Of a stretch of DNA of 64,000 nt, positions 61,801-64,000 are shown piece after piece. The position numbers were made by a program, and so were the translations under genes. The first letter of the stretch is position 1. Every line of letters starts with the position of its first letter. This DNA comes from Mobula hypostoma (Eukaryota). Location: contig NC_086108.1 in NCBI RefSeq assembly GCF_963921235.1, positions 29,576,001-29,640,000 of the forward strand. Direction: 5' to 3'. The notes beneath the pieces were generated by a model, which was given only the letters and a program-made list of their open reading frames with translations, did no database searches and was not told where the DNA came from.

Positions 61801-62040
61801 TGGCTTGTCAGAGACAAAAAATAGCTTCACTGATAAATTGTCAGTTTATTAGAATATTGAGAGAAACTTTAAAATGATGTAAAATGGTCACTAGGCCATC
61901 TGTATTGATTATATAATGTAAACTTGTGCTTAGATCTTCATGATAAATCTCAAGCGCAGAAAGGACAGGAGGGACCGAATGCTACGGACACTCTATGAAC
62001 AGGACATTGATACCAAGTTAGTCGATGCAGTGGACGGGAA
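13723..62040 (+). CDS. colgalt2: Procollagen galactosyltransferase 2 (GT25 family), partial: join(13723..13833,21334..21451,22287..22421,27217..27421,47821..47940,55294..55370,61934..62040); first and last exons outside the window
   Basis: Seven AG/GT-bounded exons splice into one open frame from (W)[32 protein letters not shown] to [28 protein letters not shown]. The residues [22 protein letters not shown] and [16 protein letters not shown] match recalled COLGALT2 better than COLGALT1 or CERCAM. Confidence 0.9.
14315..15307. mobile_element. PIF/Harbinger-like non-autonomous DNA transposon
   Basis: ~35-bp TIRs GGCTATATCCACACTATGCCGGATAATTTGAAAACG / CGTTCTCAAAATTATCCGGCGTAGTGTGGACGTAGCC; 3-bp TSD TGG; subterminal GAAAAC/AAACGGAG motifs. 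Confidence 0.8.
16845..17118 (-). mobile_element. tRNA-derived V-SINE (HE1-like); related copies near 19285-19450(+), 20610-20890(+), 26240-26435(-), 42260-42492(-), 59150-59320(-) and 62840-63530(+)
   Basis: Minus strand reads GGGTGGCACAGTAG..GGTTAGCAC (A box) and GGTTCAATTCC (B box), then the V-domain-like GGTGCTCTGGTTTTCTCCCACAGTCCAAAGAC...TTAATTGGTCATTGTAAATTGTCC. Confidence 0.8.
17551..18381 (-). mobile_element. Rex1-like LINE, 5'-truncated, with open C-terminal ORF (17701-18330)
   Basis: [51 protein letters not shown]-type tail. Confidence 0.9.
21334..21451 (+). CDS. colgalt2: colgalt2 coding exon (likely exon 3), 118 nt, phase 2-0
   Basis: tctccAG|g tac tac ... atc ctg|GTaagt; encodes [39 protein letters not shown]. 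Confidence 0.94.
22287..22421 (+). CDS. colgalt2: colgalt2 coding exon (likely exon 4), 135 nt, phase 0-0, with DxD motif
   Basis: ttccAG|ttt gtg gat aca gac ... ccg caa|GTaagt; encodes [45 protein letters not shown]. Confidence 0.94.
22743..23182. mobile_element. Solo LTR (440 bp) inserted in a CR1-like 3' tail
   Basis: TGCCAAAA...TTGTGACA termini flanked by the 5-bp TSD CAGTC (22738-22742 and 23183-23187). Confidence 0.7.
24228..26880 (-). mobile_element. Degenerate Rex1/Babar LINE interrupted by a SINE at about 26225-26435
   Basis: ORF fragments [50 protein letters not shown] and [18 protein letters not shown]-type tail. Confidence 0.85.
27217..27421 (+). CDS. colgalt2: colgalt2 coding exon (likely exon 5), 205 nt, phase 0-1
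   Basis: gtctAG|ggt tac tac aag ... atg tct g|GTaatt; encodes [68 protein letters not shown]. Confidence 0.94.
27978..28075 (+). mobile_element. CR1 3' end fragment, same family as 10313-12125
   Basis: GTTGGATGATCAGCCATGATCATAATAAATGGCGGTGCAGGCTCGAAGGGCCGAATGGCCTACTCCTGCACC...TTTCTATGTTTCTATG. Confidence 0.85.
30427..32924 (-). mobile_element. Solo LTR (about 1.05 kb without its nested insert), with a terminus resembling the Gmr1-like LTR; inserted in a Rex1 3' remnant (about 30318-33271)
   Basis: Minus strand starts TGTGACGG and ends TTTCTGCTG...ACGGGGTACTTGACC (compare ATTTCTGCTG...ACGGGGTACGTAACA at 8355-8395); decayed 4-bp TSD CTGT/CTTT. Confidence 0.7.
31277..32717 (+). mobile_element. 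Solo LTR (1441 bp) nested in the previous LTR, with internal tandem repeats
   Basis: TGTCATG...CGTGACA termini; perfect 5-bp TSD CAGTT; AATAAA at 32643; ~35-40-bp repeats GTCCTGGCCCTGGCGGCGTTCAAGTACCACGTC at about 31690-31935. Confidence 0.88.
33272..37313 (+). repeat. G-rich minisatellite (VNTR), ~40-42-bp unit, roughly 100 copies
   Basis: Near-constant core GGTAAGTACACATCCCTGTGGTGTA(G/A)AG(C/T)GA plus a variable end (G7-11 run, GTAGAGCAGG, GAGGCAGA or CTAGAGCA). Confidence 0.97.
37375..38035 (-). mobile_element. Old CR1 LINE 3' fragment
   Basis: Remnant [35 protein letters not shown]1-type 3' UTR. Confidence 0.75.
38595..38965. mobile_element. Penelope-derived inverted-repeat element with two minimal hammerhead-like motifs
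   Basis: Arms at about 38596-38745 and 38775-38929 are reverse complements; 11-bp TSD CAACCAACAGA (38584-38594 and 38966-38976); motif shared with the Penelope 3' end at about 53630-53760. Confidence 0.8.
39220..39720 (+). mobile_element. Rex1-like LINE 3' fragment
   Basis: [50 protein letters not shown]. Confidence 0.8.
42888..44447 (+). mobile_element. Young 5'-truncated CR1 LINE (RT; 1-bp deletion near 44019), inverted relative to 10313-12125
   Basis: ORFs 42907-44061 and 44019-44363 are nearly identical in protein to the 10-12 kb copy; TTTCTATG tail. Confidence 0.95.
47821..47940 (+). CDS. colgalt2: colgalt2 coding exon (likely exon 6), 120 nt, phase 1-1
   Basis: ctttAG|gc atc cag atg ... 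aga atg a|GTgagt; encodes (G)[39 protein letters not shown]. Confidence 0.93.
48880..52430 (-). mobile_element. Degenerate, internally deleted Rex1/Babar LINE interrupted by a hAT element
   Basis: [72 protein letters not shown]. Confidence 0.85.
50536..52041 (-). mobile_element. hAT (Charlie/Buster/SPIN-like) transposon, internally deleted transposase pseudogene
   Basis: TIRs CAGGGGTCAGCAACC / GGTTGCCTACCCCTG; 8-bp TSD GTCTAGAG/ATCTAGAG; N-terminal [37 protein letters not shown]-terminal [24 protein letters not shown] dimerisation domain. Confidence 0.92.
53000..54525 (-). mobile_element. Old CR1 3' fragment split by a Penelope insertion
   Basis: [33 protein letters not shown]; continues after 54467. 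Confidence 0.7.
53629..54431 (-). mobile_element. 5'-truncated Penelope-like retroelement (GIY-YIG endonuclease and 3' pseudo-LTR)
   Basis: ORF 54024-54293 [35 protein letters not shown]; 15-bp TSD TTTATATATTCTGGT (53614-53628 and 54453-54467). Confidence 0.9.
55294..55370 (+). CDS. colgalt2: colgalt2 coding exon (likely exon 7), 77 nt, phase 1-0
   Basis: ttgcAG|tt gat cat ... gat gag|GTgaga; encodes (I)[25 protein letters not shown]. Confidence 0.92.
55471..56097. mobile_element. Tc1/mariner-type foldback MITE (near-palindromic, 627 bp)
   Basis: TA|TATGAGGGGTGATTGATAAG... and ...CTTATCAATCACCCCTCGTA|TA; arms are reverse-complementary over most of the length. Confidence 0.85.
59722..60485 (-). 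mobile_element. Old CR1 LINE 3' fragment; further + strand CR1 remnants at about 60510-61010 and 61100-61450
   Basis: [42 protein letters not shown]. Confidence 0.8.
61934..62040 (+). CDS. colgalt2: colgalt2 coding exon (likely exon 8), 107 nt, phase 0-2
   Basis: gcttAG|atc ttc atg ata aat ctc ... gac ggg aa|GTaagt; encodes [35 protein letters not shown], the GT25 INL..R.DR motif. Confidence 0.94.
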
Positions 62041-63019
62041 GTAAGTACTCATCCTGATGTAATTAAACTGTGTGGAAAGTGGCTTTGCTGCATTGCTTGT
62101 TAGGCAGGATGATCTACACCCACTGAATATGTCTGTTTCCCCCCAAATCCTTGACTATCCATAAACTGGCACCCCTTAAGTCTCCCAACCATTTTTAGTG
62201 TCTTTCCAACCACCACTGGGCCTCCTTGTGATACCTTTTGACACTTGCACACCAAAACATATTCAGCCTACTCTCCAATCAACTTTAGAACCTTTAACCT
62301 TCCTAGCCCTCATCTTGACCACCACTTGAATGCCATCCCCACCCCCCACCAACACTTATTGACCACCCTCCTTTGGTGAACATCAGCCAACAACTGCTCA
62401 TCACCTTTGCCATTACCAATAGAATCCCCTGAACTATCATTTGTCTTCCATTTGTCCTACATCTCCCATCACAATCTCCACCTCCAGACCACTGGCTTTT
62501 GGTCCAGATCAACATCAAAGCAGCTTCCATTCCCCTCAACCATCATCACTGACCCTTAACGATCACCAGTGGAGCCTCGGCAAAGAGGATACCATCCACA
62601 TTATCTCCCACTAGACCTGGCTATTCCAGTAGGTTGTCTTCTAACCAAAGGGCCTTCAACCTGTTAGCCAGGGGATAGGACACAGACAGAAAGTAAATGT
62701 TCAGAAGAACCACTGTTAAAAGCTGCATGGATGTTCAGAAAGCTTGGTTCCAAAACTCACATCACCCATTTCACTCCCAGTTTTCAAGGAACATGTGTCT
62801 TCCCATAAGGGGTCCTGAGGCATTCAGAAATATGAGTTAAGTGGCCTAGTGGCTGCTATCTTACAGGACCAGAAACCTGTATTCAATTCTGACCTCTGGA
62901 GCTCTCTGTGTGGAGTTTTCATGTTCTTCCTATGACTATGTGGGATCCCTCTGGGTGCTCTGATTTTCTCCCACACCCCTAAGCCATGCTATTGTCAGAT
63001 TAATTGGCTATTGCAAGTT

Positions 63020-63366
63020 CCAAAGGCGGTGTAAGATGCTCCTTCCCTCCACCAGCCTGCACATCACCCTCGGGCAAGGTGTAGCACCTGCTTAGCCCCC
63101 TGGATCAGGGTCATGTGAAGCCATGAGAGCAGGTGGCGGATAGTCGTATGAGCAGCTGATGCCCATCTCAAGTCCTGGTTATGTGATCACTGACTCCAGG
63201 CAGACAATCTCTGCAGAGTATTGATGATGGCTGAGGTCACCTGCCTTGTAAAGACACTGCCCAGGAGAAAGCAATGGCAAACCACTTTTGTAGAAAAATT
63301 TGCCAAGAACATTCAAGGTCACCATGATCGCCTGTACCGTATGACTGGCACATAATGATGATGATG
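63020..63366 (+). mobile_element. Short retroposon with an RTE/BovB-like 3' tail, nested in a V-SINE
   Basis: TSD AAGTT; GGAGAAAGCAATGGCAAACCACTTTTGTA..TTGCCAAGAA resembles RTE-clade tails; (GAT)n terminus. Confidence 0.65.
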
Positions 63367-64000
63367 AAGTTGACCCTAGTGTATATATAGGTGAGTGAAA
63401 CAATCTGGGAGAATTTGATGAGAATTTGGGGAGAATAAAGATTGGAATAATGCAGTATTAGTATTAATGAACAGTTAATAGCCAGAACAGACTCGATGGG
63501 CTGAAGGACCTATTTCCACACTATATCCCTCTATAATTCAATATTCTGGGTCTAAAATGAAAAAAAATATACATAATATGCAGCAGCTGAAACCAGCATA
63601 AATGAGCATAACAAGGAACAGCTAGTGAATCAATAGTAAAGAATGAAGCCGTTGTATGCTAAACTTTTGGATTCATAGTAAGTATTGGGAATGAGCCTGA
63701 GCAAAGGGGTATGGTGTTGATCTTTGAGCATACCCCTTAAAGAATAAGATGAACTGGTCTTACTTTATGATGCCTACTAGTGGCTCCTAGACTATGTGGT
63801 TGCCTCTCACACATTCTCCGAATTGGCCGAGCAAACCATTTGGTTCACAAATAATTGGAGATTGGGAATAAAAGCCAACGTACGTAGGCAGTGGTACCCA
63901 CAGGACACAATACATTGAGATGGGTAATTGGACCAATGGGCTTAAAGTTTCCACTGAAACTGAAACATACACTTGTGGCTCATAACTGACGTTCAAATAG

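Noticed and set aside
62041..64000. Next colgalt2 exon (expected ALN.SQL..-like peptide)
   Set aside because: I found no matching AG-bounded exon; it probably lies beyond the window.

Overview
Vertebrate genomic DNA, very probably from a ray or shark: the repeats are HE1/V-SINE-like SINEs, CR1, Rex1/Babar and Penelope elements. The only host gene I can support is a + strand procollagen galactosyltransferase, best matching COLGALT2. Seven internal coding exons (probably exons 2-8; 13723-62040) have GT-AG boundaries and consistent phases; the first and last exons lie outside the window. The introns are dense with transposons. These include a young Gmr1-like gypsy LTR element with an abnormal insertion (13-nt-truncated 5' LTR, 208-bp flanking duplication) and a condensed pol that stays largely in frame, three solo LTRs (two nested), two young inverted CR1 copies, several Rex1 remnants, Tigger-, hAT-, Harbinger- and mariner-type DNA elements, and Penelope pieces with hammerhead-ribozyme motifs. 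Intron 5 holds a ~4-kb G-rich minisatellite in which most units carry a consensus 5' splice-site sequence. Family names come from recalled motifs, not database searches. I found no prokaryotic systems or CRISPR arrays and cannot claim a proven new system; the findings are testable hypotheses.
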